Assembly (NCBI GenBank): GCA_041640035.1
Contig: JBEQBC010000011.1
Coordinates: 1 to 21,477, forward strand
Direction: 5' to 3'
Length of the DNA stretch: 21,477 bases
From: Candidatus Nanohaloarchaea archaeon
GTDB lineage: Archaea; Nanohalarchaeota; Nanosalinia; Nanosalinales; Nanosalinaceae
Shown here: in pieces, positions 7,752 through 16,841 of the stretch
Numbering within the stretch: position 1 is the stretch's first letter
Layout: every line of letters starts with the position of its first letter
Position numbers and translations under genes: made by a program
Notes under the pieces: generated by a model
Database searches by the model: none
What the model was told of the DNA's origin: nothing
The model's input: the letters and a program-made list of their open reading frames with translations, nothing else

Positions 7752-8156
7752 ATGACTGAGTTAAACCTGTCGAATGTCAACAAGATCTACACCTTGCTTC
7801 TGCTTAAATCCGAGCCAAGACACGGCTACGGCCTGATAAGCAGCATAGAGGATATAACCGGTAAGAAGCCGACCACCTCCCACATCTACCCGTTCCTGGA
7901 CAAACTGAAGGAGGAAGGAGTTATTGAGGTAGTTGATGAAGGTGATAGAGGTAAGAAGATCTATGGATTAACGGAAGAAGGAGAAAGAACTGTTGAAGAA
8001 CAGCTTGATTCCTTTAGTGAGATAATGTATGCAGCTATAGAGGATAGGATCGATGAATGCAGCCACTGCGGATGTAAAATATATGATGGTGGTTATGAGA
8101 AGGATGGAAAAGTTTTCTGCTGTACTCACTGCGCTGAATCAGTTAATAGAAGTTAA
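7752..8156 (+). CDS. PadR-family transcriptional regulator with C-terminal Cys-rich metal-binding (TRASH/metallothionein-like) domain
   Basis: PRHGYGL...IYPFL..L.EEG.I...KKIY.LTEEG winged-helix signature and a C-terminal CSHCGC-x14-CCTHC. Start moved from TTG 7710 to ATG 7752 so that the divergent promoter and operator are intergenic. Confidence 0.85.
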   Translation: MTELNLSNVNKIYTLLLLKSEPRHGYGLISSIEDITGKKPTTSHIYPFLDKLKEEGVIEVVDEGDRGKKIYGLTEEGERTVEEQLDSFSEIMYAAIEDRIDECSHCGCKIYDGGYEKDGKVFCCTHCAESVNRS

Positions 8157-8197
8157 CAGGGGAAAAAGAAGGAACTGGTTGAAGTAAAGAGTACTTT

Positions 8198-8812
8198 TTA
8201 TGCCAGTGTGATTTCTACGCGGTCTCCGTCTCTTGGTATGTAGTCAAGGTGGTTCTCGACTTCTTCTCCGTTGATATTGACTGTCAGGTTGGCTGGTTCT
8301 CCGTTACACTGTGTCTGCCCCATTACTGAGTTTTCTTCTAGTTCTCCTCCTAGCTGGTCGATTATCCAGTCTAGGGTTGCTTCTTCTCGGCTTGTACGAA
8401 TTCCTTCCATGTGTAACTTGCTTGTGCCGTGTGTATGTGCTTCTAGAGGTCCGCCCTGCAGTATTTGGTTTTCTCCACAGACACTGAGATCATAGTCTGC
8501 ATGCCAGTGGACGGTTTCTCCTACTCCTATACTTGAATTTGTCGTTGGGGGTTCCATGAGGTCGGTGTTCTGGTATACGGCGAATGCTCCGCCTCCGAGA
8601 AGGACTAGTGCTACTACGCTTATACCTGCGTATTTCAGTTTCTTTTTCTTGTTATGTTTAGCTGTCTGTTTTTTCTGTTCCAGTTTGTTTAGCTCTGATT
8701 TCTTGTCGCTTTTCTCGTGACCGGTCATCTCATCCTTGTGCTCGTCCAGTTCGTGCTCCAGACGATCTTTTTTGTTTGAGAATTCTTCGTCACAGTAATC
8801 GCAGTCAGTCAT
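8198..8812 (-). CDS. Membrane protein with N-terminal C2H2 zinc finger, one TM helix and an external His-motif domain (HWH, HTH, LHME)
   Basis: C-x2-C-x12-H-x4-H (CDYC...EHELDEH), Lys-rich linker, hydrophobic helix, then VHWHADY..SVCG...AHTHG...LHMEG...INGE...PRDGDRVEI. TATA-like TTTATAC at 8837-8843. Confidence 0.75.
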   Translation of the reverse strand: MTDCDYCDEEFSNKKDRLEHELDEHKDEMTGHEKSDKKSELNKLEQKKQTAKHNKKKKLKYAGISVVALVLLGGGAFAVYQNTDLMEPPTTNSSIGVGETVHWHADYDLSVCGENQILQGGPLEAHTHGTSKLHMEGIRTSREEATLDWIIDQLGGELEENSVMGQTQCNGEPANLTVNINGEEVENHLDYIPRDGDRVEITLA

Positions 8813-8992
8813 AGTACAATTTTCAAAATCGAAAATGTATAAACCTTCCTGATTTAGGAATCTGTTCTTCCGATATTCTCAGAAGTCATGGTTCTGAATT
8901 TACATAGATTATTTACTCTTTGTTAGGCTTGAATAACGAATAAGGTCATCGAAACATTAATTAATGCCTCCTGGGGCCGTGCATTCAATCAG

Positions 8993-9000
8993 TTTATATA
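8993..9000 (+). promoter_or_regulatory. TATA box of the mrp operon
   Basis: TTTATATA begins 35 nt upstream of ATG 9028, the same spacing as other genes in the window. Confidence 0.55.
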
Positions 9001-9027
9001 ATTTACAGTTGTTCGTCAATAAGTGCG

Positions 9028-11412
9028 ATGAGAAAAACGCCATATCTAGTGACGGCGCTGCTACTACTGCTACATGGAGCGGCAGCAAGTAAGAACATTA
9101 TGAATGGTTCAGAGCTGTCAATCTATCTTTTTGCTGCTATTCTGGCGCCATTTGCCGCTTCTATTATTATCGCCGTATTATATCCCTACCTGAAAGATCT
9201 ATCCGCATATCTCGGTGCTTTTTCAGCGATCATATCGTTGATATCTGTATATCATCTATATGGAAGCAACTTCGGTATATCAATAGAATGGCTGCCGTCG
9301 ATAGGAGTCAATCTAGGATTCTACGCTGACGGATTATCTCTACTGATGGCTACACTGGCCAGCGGCATAGGGATACTGGTTTTCATCTACTCAAAGCACT
9401 ACATGGAGCATTCGGGAAGGAAAAGAAAGTATTACACTGTTTTGACAGCATTTATGGGCTCGATGATCGGATTAGTCTTCTCATCAAATCTCTTTGTCCT
9501 GTTCGTGTTCTGGGAGCTCACAAGCATCTGCTCATTCCTTCTCATAAGCCACAATCAGAGAACATCTGAAGCCATCTACGCCTCCAGAAAATCTCTTCTA
9601 ATCACTGTAGGATCAGGAATGATGCTTCTAGTAGGTTTTCTGATACTCGGAGAAACTACAGGTACATACAGCCTGGTTCAGATGCTTCAAAACGGAGACG
9701 CATACACCTTACTTTCACAAAACGGCCTGCTCATTCCCGCTATAACCTTCCTATTTGTCGGTGCGGCAGCTAAATCAGCTCAGTTCCCGCTTCACATCTG
9801 GCTTCCGGACGCCATGGAAGCACCTACACCGGTATCCGCATTCCTGCATTCTGCTACCATGGTAAAAGCAGGGATATTCCTTCTCGCAAGGATAAGACCA
9901 TTATTCGTAGACACACAGCTCTGGACATCACTACTAACCTCAACAGGGTTTATCACTATGACAGCAGCTGCCGTCCTCGCAGTAAAATCTACGAAACTCA
10001 AAGAACTACTGGCTTACTCTACCGCCAGCCACCTAGGACTGATAGTAGCAGGTCTTGGATTCTCCAGCACGTTAGGAGCTGAGACAGGCCTATTCCACAT
10101 ACTCAACCACGCATTCTTCAAAGCCGCACTCTTCATGACCGCAGGGATAATACTTCACGAAGCCGGAACTCAGAAATTTACCGAGCTTTCAGGACTAAGA
10201 AAGAACTGGCCTCTACTGACCGGAATCGCTTCCATAGCCTCTCTAAGCATGGCAGGTATACCTCCTTTCAACGGATTCTACTCCAAAGAACTGCTCTTCG
10301 AAGCTTCCTACCACTTTGCCACCCATTCAGATAGTATAATCGCATGGTCTGTGCCTGCGGTGGCAGTCTGCGGAAGTATATTCACATTAATGTACTCTCT
10401 CAAGTTCCTATCAGTATTCTTCGGCGAAAAAGAAACTGAATTTGGCTCTATATCGCCAGGAATTATATTTGCACCTGCCTTGCTAGCGTTCACAGCTCTA
10501 TGTATAGGAATCAGACCGAACCTATTCATAGATATTCTTGTCGAACCTGCACTCGCAAGTACGGCTGTAGAAGCCCACGGAATGAGTGTTCATCTACCGA
10601 CCTCTCTAAAGCCTGCCTTCATCATGACGCTGATCACAATCTCTGTAGGTCTGATAGGTTTCAGAAACCTGTCAACTATAGAGAAATACTTGGATAGAGT
10701 AGGAGAAAGAAGCTTTTTGACAGCTAACTCTGTCTATCATAGCTTTCTTGAAATTGCTGATACTACAAGCGATCTGCTGGTTGAATACACCGAATCCAGA
10801 CTGCTCAGAACCTACATCGTCTGGACTCTACTATCGTCAATAGTGCTTGGTCTCACAGGTTTCGTGATCTCCAACACAGTTCCGATACCATCGTTCACGC
10901 TTCCACCTTCGATCATGATAGTGCTTTCAACAGCAGTGATAAGCGTATACGCCGTGATAAGAGCTGATAAATACATCGCAGCAGTACTAACCCTGTCTAT
11001 ACTCGGTTTCATGGTTTCCATATACTATCTTTTGATGGATGCACCTGACCTAGTGATGACCCAGCTCGTGGTCGAAACACTATCTCTAATCATCTTCCTC
11101 CTAGTACTGGACAAACTTCCGGAGATGAAGAAACATGTATCCCTCACAAGAAAAGCAAAGGATATCCTGATAGCTGCAGCAGCCGGTTTCACAGTATTTA
11201 CAGCTGTTCTGTATTCAAAGATGGTTGAAACACCGGGAGAACTATCCAGATACTATGTTGAGAACGCGGTCCCAGGATCAGGAGGTACAAATGTAGTCAA
11301 TGTGATACTGGTCGACTTCAGAGGAATAGATACAATGGGAGAAATCTCAGTCATCGCGATGGCAGGAATAGCTATAATGATGCTGTTCAAGATGAGAGGT
11401 GAAAAACAGTGA
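9028..11412 (+). CDS. mrpA: Multisubunit Na+/H+ antiporter subunit A
   Basis: FWELTS, KSAQFPLHIWLPDAMEAPTPVSAFLHSATMVKAG, YSTASHLG, NHAFFKAALF and the C-terminal GGTNVVNVILVDFRGIDTMGE. Confidence 0.95.
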   Translation: MRKTPYLVTALLLLLHGAAASKNIMNGSELSIYLFAAILAPFAASIIIAVLYPYLKDLSAYLGAFSAIISLISVYHLYGSNFGISIEWLPSIGVNLGFYADGLSLLMATLASGIGILVFIYSKHYMEHSGRKRKYYTVLTAFMGSMIGLVFSSNLFVLFVFWELTSICSFLLISHNQRTSEAIYASRKSLLITVGSGMMLLVGFLILGETTGTYSLVQMLQNGDAYTLLSQNGLLIPAITFLFVGAAAKSAQFPLHIWLPDAMEAPTPVSAFLHSATMVKAGIFLLARIRPLFVDTQLWTSLLTSTGFITMTAAAVLAVKSTKLKELLAYSTASHLGLIVAGLGFSSTLGAETGLFHILNHAFFKAALFMTAGIILHEAGTQKFTELSGLRKNWPLLTGIASIASLSMAGIPPFNGFYSKELLFEASYHFATHSDSIIAWSVPAVAVCGSIFTLMYSLKFLSVFFGEKETEFGSISPGIIFAPALLAFTALCIGIRPNLFIDILVEPALASTAVEAHGMSVHLPTSLKPAFIMTLITISVGLIGFRNLSTIEKYLDRVGERSFLTANSVYHSFLEIADTTSDLLVEYTESRLLRTYIVWTLLSSIVLGLTGFVISNTVPIPSFTLPPSIMIVLSTAVISVYAVIRADKYIAAVLTLSILGFMVSIYYLLMDAPDLVMTQLVVETLSLIIFLLVLDKLPEMKKHVSLTRKAKDILIAAAAGFTVFTAVLYSKMVETPGELSRYYVENAVPGSGGTNVVNVILVDFRGIDTMGEISVIAMAGIAIMMLFKMRGEKQ

Positions 11413-11852
11413 GCACAGTGATCGCAAGACAGACAACCAAAGTCGTAGTACCTTTAATGCTTCTACTATCGCTAAACTTCTTCATACAGGGCCATAACAG
11501 GCCGGGCGGAGGCTTCATCGCAGGAGTACTCACAGCAGCAGCAATAGCACTTCTATACATCGTATTCAACTTTGAAGGAGTCCAGAAACTGCTTGGGGAT
11601 AACGAAAGAGTACATTACAGACTTGTAAGAAAATACACCGAAATGAGCGAAGTAGGACTTGTCTTCGCAGCGGGAACAGGGCTGATAGCAATCGAACTAG
11701 GTTTAAGATTCCTAAACCACCGTAAAGGGCTTCTACACCTGCCGTTGTTCGGCAAGATACACTGGACCACTGCCTTACTGTTTGATCTAGGAGTTTATCT
11801 GGTGGTAGTCGGAACAGCTTTAACCATAGTGGAGGTGCTCGGAGAGGAATGA
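11409..11852 (+). CDS. mrpB: Na+/H+ antiporter subunit B
   Basis: GHNRPGGGFIAG and LFDLGVYLVVVG. GTGA overlap with mrpA. Confidence 0.93.
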   Translation: MSTVIARQTTKVVVPLMLLLSLNFFIQGHNRPGGGFIAGVLTAAAIALLYIVFNFEGVQKLLGDNERVHYRLVRKYTEMSEVGLVFAAGTGLIAIELGLRFLNHRKGLLHLPLFGKIHWTTALLFDLGVYLVVVGTALTIVEVLGEE

Positions 11853-12193
11853 GCCTTTTCACAGCAGTAGCGCTCGGACTAATTTTCTCAGCAGGAACAT
11901 ACCTGATCCTGCGCCGTGACGCGGTAAGAGTCGTAATAGGTTCACTGATCATCAGTCAGACCGCAAACATGTATCTCCTGGCGATGGCAGGTACCGAAGG
12001 AACTGCGCCGATACTGCCGCATCACTCGGAAGAGTTCCACATGAATGCAGCGGACCCGGTGCCACAGGCACTTGTACTTACGGCGATCGTCATAGGATTT
12101 GCCACTACAGCATTCCTGCTCAGCCTGACTTACCGTTTCTACGAGGAGAATCAGGAAGTTGATCTCCAGAACCTTAGAGGTGACGACATGTGA
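11849..12193 (+). CDS. mrpC: Na+/H+ antiporter subunit C
   Basis: DPVPQALVLTAIVIG. ATGA overlap with mrpB. Confidence 0.94.
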   Translation: MSLFTAVALGLIFSAGTYLILRRDAVRVVIGSLIISQTANMYLLAMAGTEGTAPILPHHSEEFHMNAADPVPQALVLTAIVIGFATTAFLLSLTYRFYEENQEVDLQNLRGDDM

Positions 12194-13722
12194 CACAGCT
12201 CACTATACTACCGATCATACTGCCGTTGATAACTGCAGTACTATCTATAATTGCGCGAGAAAACCGTTTCAGAGACTTTATCAGTATATCAGGGTCCATA
12301 GCATACTTCATACTGATAATCTCAATAGCCTCGAAAGTACTGGCACAGGGAACCGTAACTTATCAAGCAGGAGGCTGGCCAGCACCTTTCGGAGTCACAT
12401 TCATAGTAGACTCACTATCACTTTTCATGCTGCTAATCACAGCAACGGTCTCTCTGGCAGCCAACCTTTACTCTGTAAGCCATATCGACAGCGTAGGTAA
12501 AGCAAGCGGATTCTACGCATTCTTCCACTTCATGGTGATGGGTATGAGCGGCGCATTCATCACTGGAGACATCTTCAACCTGTTCGTCATGCTTGAAATC
12601 ACCTTGATGAGCAGCTACGCCATGGTAGCATACACAGGAACCAAGGAGTCACTTTTCACTTCCCTCAAATATGTTGTACTCAACCTTCTTGGAAGCTCAA
12701 TCATGCTGATTGCTATCGGCGGCCTCTATTCGGTGACAGGTACATTAAACATGGCTGATCTGGCGCTCACACTTTCAAAACCTCAGGCAGCAACAGTACC
12801 TGCCATAGGCCTGATTTCACTGCTTTTCTCGGTGTTCGCCCTGAAGTCGGGATTGGTTCCGTTCCATTTCTGGGCTCCTGCCGTCTACAGTAACTCTCCG
12901 CCTCCAGCAGCTGCCATGATGGCAGGTGTCAGCAAGAAAGTAGGTATATACGCAGTTATACGCCTGTACATCACTGTTTTCTCTGAAGCCTCGACGCCGG
13001 AAAATGCCTTGATACTACCTAGTGAACCTGTTACATTATTCATAGGATTTACCGCGCTTTTACTTGGAGCTGCAACCGTTCTTCTAGGAGGAATAAGTGC
13101 GGTAAACAGGAATAAACTTGAAGAGATGCTTTCATACTCGAGTATTGGCCAGGTCGGCTTTATTTTCATACCTCTGGCCTTTGCCCTAATCTACAGCTCT
13201 CAAGCCGCTCTGGTAGCCGCTCTAATCTATATTCTAAGCCACAGTCTGGCTAAGCCAGCACTTTTCATGATATCCGGTACCATAGAAGAGGTTACAGGAA
13301 CTACAGAACTTGAAGAACTTGGCGGTCTCAGTGAGAGATCTTTCGCTTTGGCTGCTGCTTTCTTCATCTCAGCTTTCTCATTGGTCGGTATACCACCTCT
13401 TCTCGGTTTCTTCGGCAAGATGCTAGTTTTCCAGACTGCGGTGGCACAGCAGAACTTCATCATTCTGACGGTCTTGCTGATAGGAGCTATCTCCTCTCTC
13501 ATATACTTCGGGAAAGCCTGGCTCTCGGTCTTCTTCGGCGAACCTGTAGAGCTCGTTGAGGAGATGCCGTGGCTTCAGGTGTTCGCCGTCACATTTTTGG
13601 CTGCGTTGATCCTGACGCTGGGGGCTGGTTTTGAACCGGTTTATGATCTGGCTTTGGACGCGGCTGAAGCTGCTTTCGACACTGAGGTTTACATCGACAC
13701 TGTCTTAGGTGATACAAAATGA
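12190..13722 (+). CDS. mrpD: Na+/H+ antiporter subunit D
   Basis: GGWPAPFG, TGDIFNLFVMLEI, TGTLNMADL, LKSGLVPFHFW, GIPPLLGFFGK. GTGA overlap. Confidence 0.94.
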   Translation: MTQLTILPIILPLITAVLSIIARENRFRDFISISGSIAYFILIISIASKVLAQGTVTYQAGGWPAPFGVTFIVDSLSLFMLLITATVSLAANLYSVSHIDSVGKASGFYAFFHFMVMGMSGAFITGDIFNLFVMLEITLMSSYAMVAYTGTKESLFTSLKYVVLNLLGSSIMLIAIGGLYSVTGTLNMADLALTLSKPQAATVPAIGLISLLFSVFALKSGLVPFHFWAPAVYSNSPPPAAAMMAGVSKKVGIYAVIRLYITVFSEASTPENALILPSEPVTLFIGFTALLLGAATVLLGGISAVNRNKLEEMLSYSSIGQVGFIFIPLAFALIYSSQAALVAALIYILSHSLAKPALFMISGTIEEVTGTTELEELGGLSERSFALAAAFFISAFSLVGIPPLLGFFGKMLVFQTAVAQQNFIILTVLLIGAISSLIYFGKAWLSVFFGEPVELVEEMPWLQVFAVTFLAALILTLGAGFEPVYDLALDAAEAAFDTEVYIDTVLGDTK

Positions 13723-14207
13723 AGAAATACTACTTTTACGGCGCTTTAATGGCGTTCATGTGGTTGTTCGTATCCGGAAGCTTCCAAATCGCAACAGCAA
13801 TAACAGGTCTATTGATAGGTATACCGACAGCTTACCTGTTCAGACGGTTCTACACCGGCTACATACATATACACCTGTCCAACATGTACTATGCATCAGT
13901 ATTCCTGACCAGCTTCACCAGAGACCTAGTAGTGTCTAACATAGATGTAGCTTACCGCGTACTCAACCCTAAGATGCCGATCAATGGAGGGATGATAGAG
14001 TACAAAACCGGACTGAGAAGTCCTACAGCCATGACAATCCTCGCTAACTCCATCACCTTGACACCTGGAACACTGGTCGTCGAATGCCGTGAAAGCGATG
14101 GCAAGATGCTGATACACTGCCTCAACATGAAAGACGAGGAAAAGACGATCAAAGGGATAAGGAGATGGGAGAAGCTTCTCGCCAAGGTAGCAGGTGAGGC
14201 AAGATGA
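13719..14207 (+). CDS. mrpE: Na+/H+ antiporter subunit E
   Basis: SNIDVAYRVL and LANSITLTPGT. ATGA overlap. Confidence 0.93.
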   Translation: MKKYYFYGALMAFMWLFVSGSFQIATAITGLLIGIPTAYLFRRFYTGYIHIHLSNMYYASVFLTSFTRDLVVSNIDVAYRVLNPKMPINGGMIEYKTGLRSPTAMTILANSITLTPGTLVVECRESDGKMLIHCLNMKDEEKTIKGIRRWEKLLAKVAGEAR

Positions 14208-14464
14208 TAGTCCAGACTGGTATAATACTGTCAGCGCTCCTCACCTTCCTCTGCAGCTATCGAGTGATCAAAGGACCTGAACCAGCTGATAGAGCCGTAG
14301 CACTAGACACGATAGGAACAAATGTGGTCTCAATCGCTGTTCTATATGCGATCTTAACCGGAAAACAGTTCTTCATCAATATCAGCCTTCTGCTTGCGAT
14401 AACAGGTTTTATAGCCACAGTCTCAGTTTCCATGTATGTCAGAGAAGGTGATATCATCAAGTGA
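14204..14464 (+). CDS. mrpF: Na+/H+ antiporter subunit F
   Basis: RVIKGP..ADRAVALD, three TM helices. ATGA overlap. Confidence 0.92.
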   Translation: MIVQTGIILSALLTFLCSYRVIKGPEPADRAVALDTIGTNVVSIAVLYAILTGKQFFINISLLLAITGFIATVSVSMYVREGDIIK

Positions 14465-14763
14465 TAGAGCTCATCATAGTTCTCGGGCTTTTCTTCCTGT
14501 CTGTAGGCACATTCGGTCTTATCAGGCTGCCAGGAACCTACAACCGGATGCATGCAACCTCCAAAGCAACTACAATGGGTACAGGTCTGATACTACTTGC
14601 CGGAGCGGTGAACTTTTATCCGGAGAAAGCAGCTTTTCAGGCCGTTATAGCGATCCTCTTCCTTTTCATAACAGCTCCAACAGGCGCACATCTCATCGCC
14701 AGAGCCACCTACCACCAGCAGGGAGCAGATACTGGTAGCTCTAAAAAAGATGACCTATCCTAA
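14461..14763 (+). CDS. mrpG: Na+/H+ antiporter subunit G
   Basis: GLIRLP..YNRMHATSKATT and TAPTGAHLIARA. GTGA overlap. Confidence 0.93.
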   Translation: MIELIIVLGLFFLSVGTFGLIRLPGTYNRMHATSKATTMGTGLILLAGAVNFYPEKAAFQAVIAILFLFITAPTGAHLIARATYHQQGADTGSSKKDDLS

Positions 14764-14772
14764 ACATAGTAT

Positions 14773-15234
14773 ATGAAACTGACAAGCCCGGAGTTCGAAG
14801 ACGGAGATATCATGCCGGAGAAATTCGGCTACATGGGAGATAATGTAAACCCGGAACTAGCTATAGAGGAAGTACCTGAGGAGGCAGAGGCACTGGCTTT
14901 ACTGCTTGAAGATCCTGATGCTCAGGACGCAGCAGGAAAGGTATGGCTTCACTGGCTTGTCTGGAACATACCTGTCGACCAAGAAACAGTAGAAGAAGAT
15001 AGTTCTCCAGGAGTAGAGGGAGAAACCGATTTCAGAGAGAAAGAGTACAACGGTCCGAACCCGCCTGATGGTGAACACGAACTGGTTTTCAGGCTGTACG
15101 CTCTTTCAGAAGAACTTGAACTTGGTAGAGGAGAAGATGAAGAAAGCTTCAAGAACGCTGTAGAGGACAAAGTCATAGAATCAACAGAGCTGAAGGCACG
15201 GTATCCTCACGACCACATCACGATGGATCAGTAA
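14773..15234 (+). CDS. YbhB/YbcL family (PEBP / Raf kinase inhibitor-like) protein
   Basis: MKLTSPEF.DG, NVNPEL, EDPDA, WLHWLVWNIP, YNGPNPP.GEH...FRLYAL. Confidence 0.92.
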   Translation: MKLTSPEFEDGDIMPEKFGYMGDNVNPELAIEEVPEEAEALALLLEDPDAQDAAGKVWLHWLVWNIPVDQETVEEDSSPGVEGETDFREKEYNGPNPPDGEHELVFRLYALSEELELGRGEDEESFKNAVEDKVIESTELKARYPHDHITMDQ

Positions 15235-15273
15235 AGTTAGATTTATCACACTCCTTTCTTCTATAATTTAATT

Positions 15274-16467
15274 ATGGGCGCTCTAAGCAGAGAAGAGTAC
15301 ATTAACAGACTGGAAAAAGTAAGACAGAAAATCGAAGACGAAGGAAGGGACGGCTATGCCCTTTTCTCCAACAGAAGCATCAAGTACCTAACAGGCTACA
15401 GCTTCATACCGACAGAAAGACCTGCCGCAATCCTCATAACGCAGGAAAACATCGATGCAACCGTTCCCATGCTGGAAAAAGACGCAGCAGAATCAGAGGA
15501 ACTGATTGACGAGGTATATGTATACTACGACTACCCTGGAAACAACAACGGCGAATACCATCATCAGAGCTCGAAGACTCCGGAAGAAAAAATCGGAGAA
15601 ATGATCGAAAACCGCGGCCTGGAGAATGTAGGCGCGGATATGAACGGCGCACCAGGCATCATGGGATACGAAGGACCATCACTAGAAGAAATAACAGGAA
15701 AAGATGTACAGGTAGAGGGCTGGACCGAAGAAATGCGTATCCAGAAATCCAGTGAAGAAATCAAGACACTGAGGAAAAGCTCGGAGTACGCTGACCAAGC
15801 ATTCCAGAAAATCAGAAAGATGGTAGAACCGGGAAAGAATGAGGTATCCATGAACATGGAGATGCAGCAGAAAACAGCTGAAATGGTGATAAACGATCAG
15901 GGAAGCATAAATGTAGGCGCCGGAGAACTCTCATACTACCGAATTCTTTCCGGACCAAACACATACAACCCACACGGACAGGTAGAGAACCGCGAACTAC
16001 AGGAAAACGACATCCTACTGCCAGGAATGGCGCTCGCATACAAAGGCTACAACGCAGAGCTGGAGAGGACCATGTTTCTCGGTGAACCAACTGAAGAGCA
16101 GAAAAACTACTTCCAGATAATGCTGGAAGCGCAGAAAACCGCTGCCGAAGCAGTAGCCGCAGGCGTCAAACTATCAACAGTAGACCAAGAAGTACACGAC
16201 TACTACAAGGAACAAGGCGTCCTAGAGCATACTCGACACCATACGGGTCACGGACTAGGTCTTCAGGGTCATGAAAAACCGTTTATCGACCGTGGAAACG
16301 ACAAAGAACTGAAGGAAAACATGGTTATCTCCCTGGAACCAGGAATCTATGTTGAAGGAGCCGGAGGCTTCAGACACTCAGATACATTCCTCGTGAAAGA
16401 AAACGGTATCGAAAGACTGACACAGGATCCTAGAGATCTGGAGTCAAATATTATTGGAAGAAACTAG
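15274..16467 (+). CDS. M24-fold enzyme (Xaa-Pro peptidase/creatinase family) with non-canonical metal ligands
   Basis: Creatinase-like N-domain (IKYLTGY), R.QKS.EEI, HHTGHGLGLQGHE and SLEPGIY. It has AELERT and FRHSDT where canonical members have SD.TRT and RIED. Confidence 0.85.
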   Translation: MGALSREEYINRLEKVRQKIEDEGRDGYALFSNRSIKYLTGYSFIPTERPAAILITQENIDATVPMLEKDAAESEELIDEVYVYYDYPGNNNGEYHHQSSKTPEEKIGEMIENRGLENVGADMNGAPGIMGYEGPSLEEITGKDVQVEGWTEEMRIQKSSEEIKTLRKSSEYADQAFQKIRKMVEPGKNEVSMNMEMQQKTAEMVINDQGSINVGAGELSYYRILSGPNTYNPHGQVENRELQENDILLPGMALAYKGYNAELERTMFLGEPTEEQKNYFQIMLEAQKTAAEAVAAGVKLSTVDQEVHDYYKEQGVLEHTRHHTGHGLGLQGHEKPFIDRGNDKELKENMVISLEPGIYVEGAGGFRHSDTFLVKENGIERLTQDPRDLESNIIGRN

Positions 16468-16841
16468 ATTTCATTTTCTATTTTTCTTTTAATCCGATTT
16501 CTTAGCGTGTCTTCATGCTGAGGAGGGTGGTTGTAGAAATAAATCGTGACCGCTGCTATGAATGCTGGTACCGCGACAGCAAATACCACATCTTCTATCG
16601 GCGATATTATGATCATCTTTCCTAGGATGTACTCCTGTCCGAACTTGTATGCATCCATAGCGATTGAAAAATGAGACATGGGAACTCCCTGTATGAGACC
16701 GATTGCTGCTATGAATGCGAATATACGCCATTCCTCTCTCAGTGTATGTTTATGGAATAGCTCAACTCCCAGTATGATAAGGGCGCTGATAGCGATTGTA
16801 GTCACTAGGTAGGTCCATTGACCTAGTATTTCTCCAATCAC
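16464..16841 (-). CDS. Lycopene cyclase domain protein (second subunit of heterodimeric CrtYc/CrtYd-type cyclase)
   Basis: Three TM helices, YKFG..YILG....SPIEDVVF (PxE(E/D) cyclase motif). GTGA-coupled to its upstream paralog. Confidence 0.72.
   Translation of the reverse strand: MIGEILGQWTYLVTTIAISALIILGVELFHKHTLREEWRIFAFIAAIGLIQGVPMSHFSIAMDAYKFGQEYILGKMIIISPIEDVVFAVAVPAFIAAVTIYFYNHPPQHEDTLRNRIKRKIENEI

Noticed and set aside
8845-8990. Short hairpins and a second TATA-like CGAAACATTAATTAAT in the gap before mrpA, as a possible sRNA or riboswitch
   Set aside because: The stems are short and no known RNA motif is recognisable. At most this is an alternative mrp promoter, which I cannot support further.
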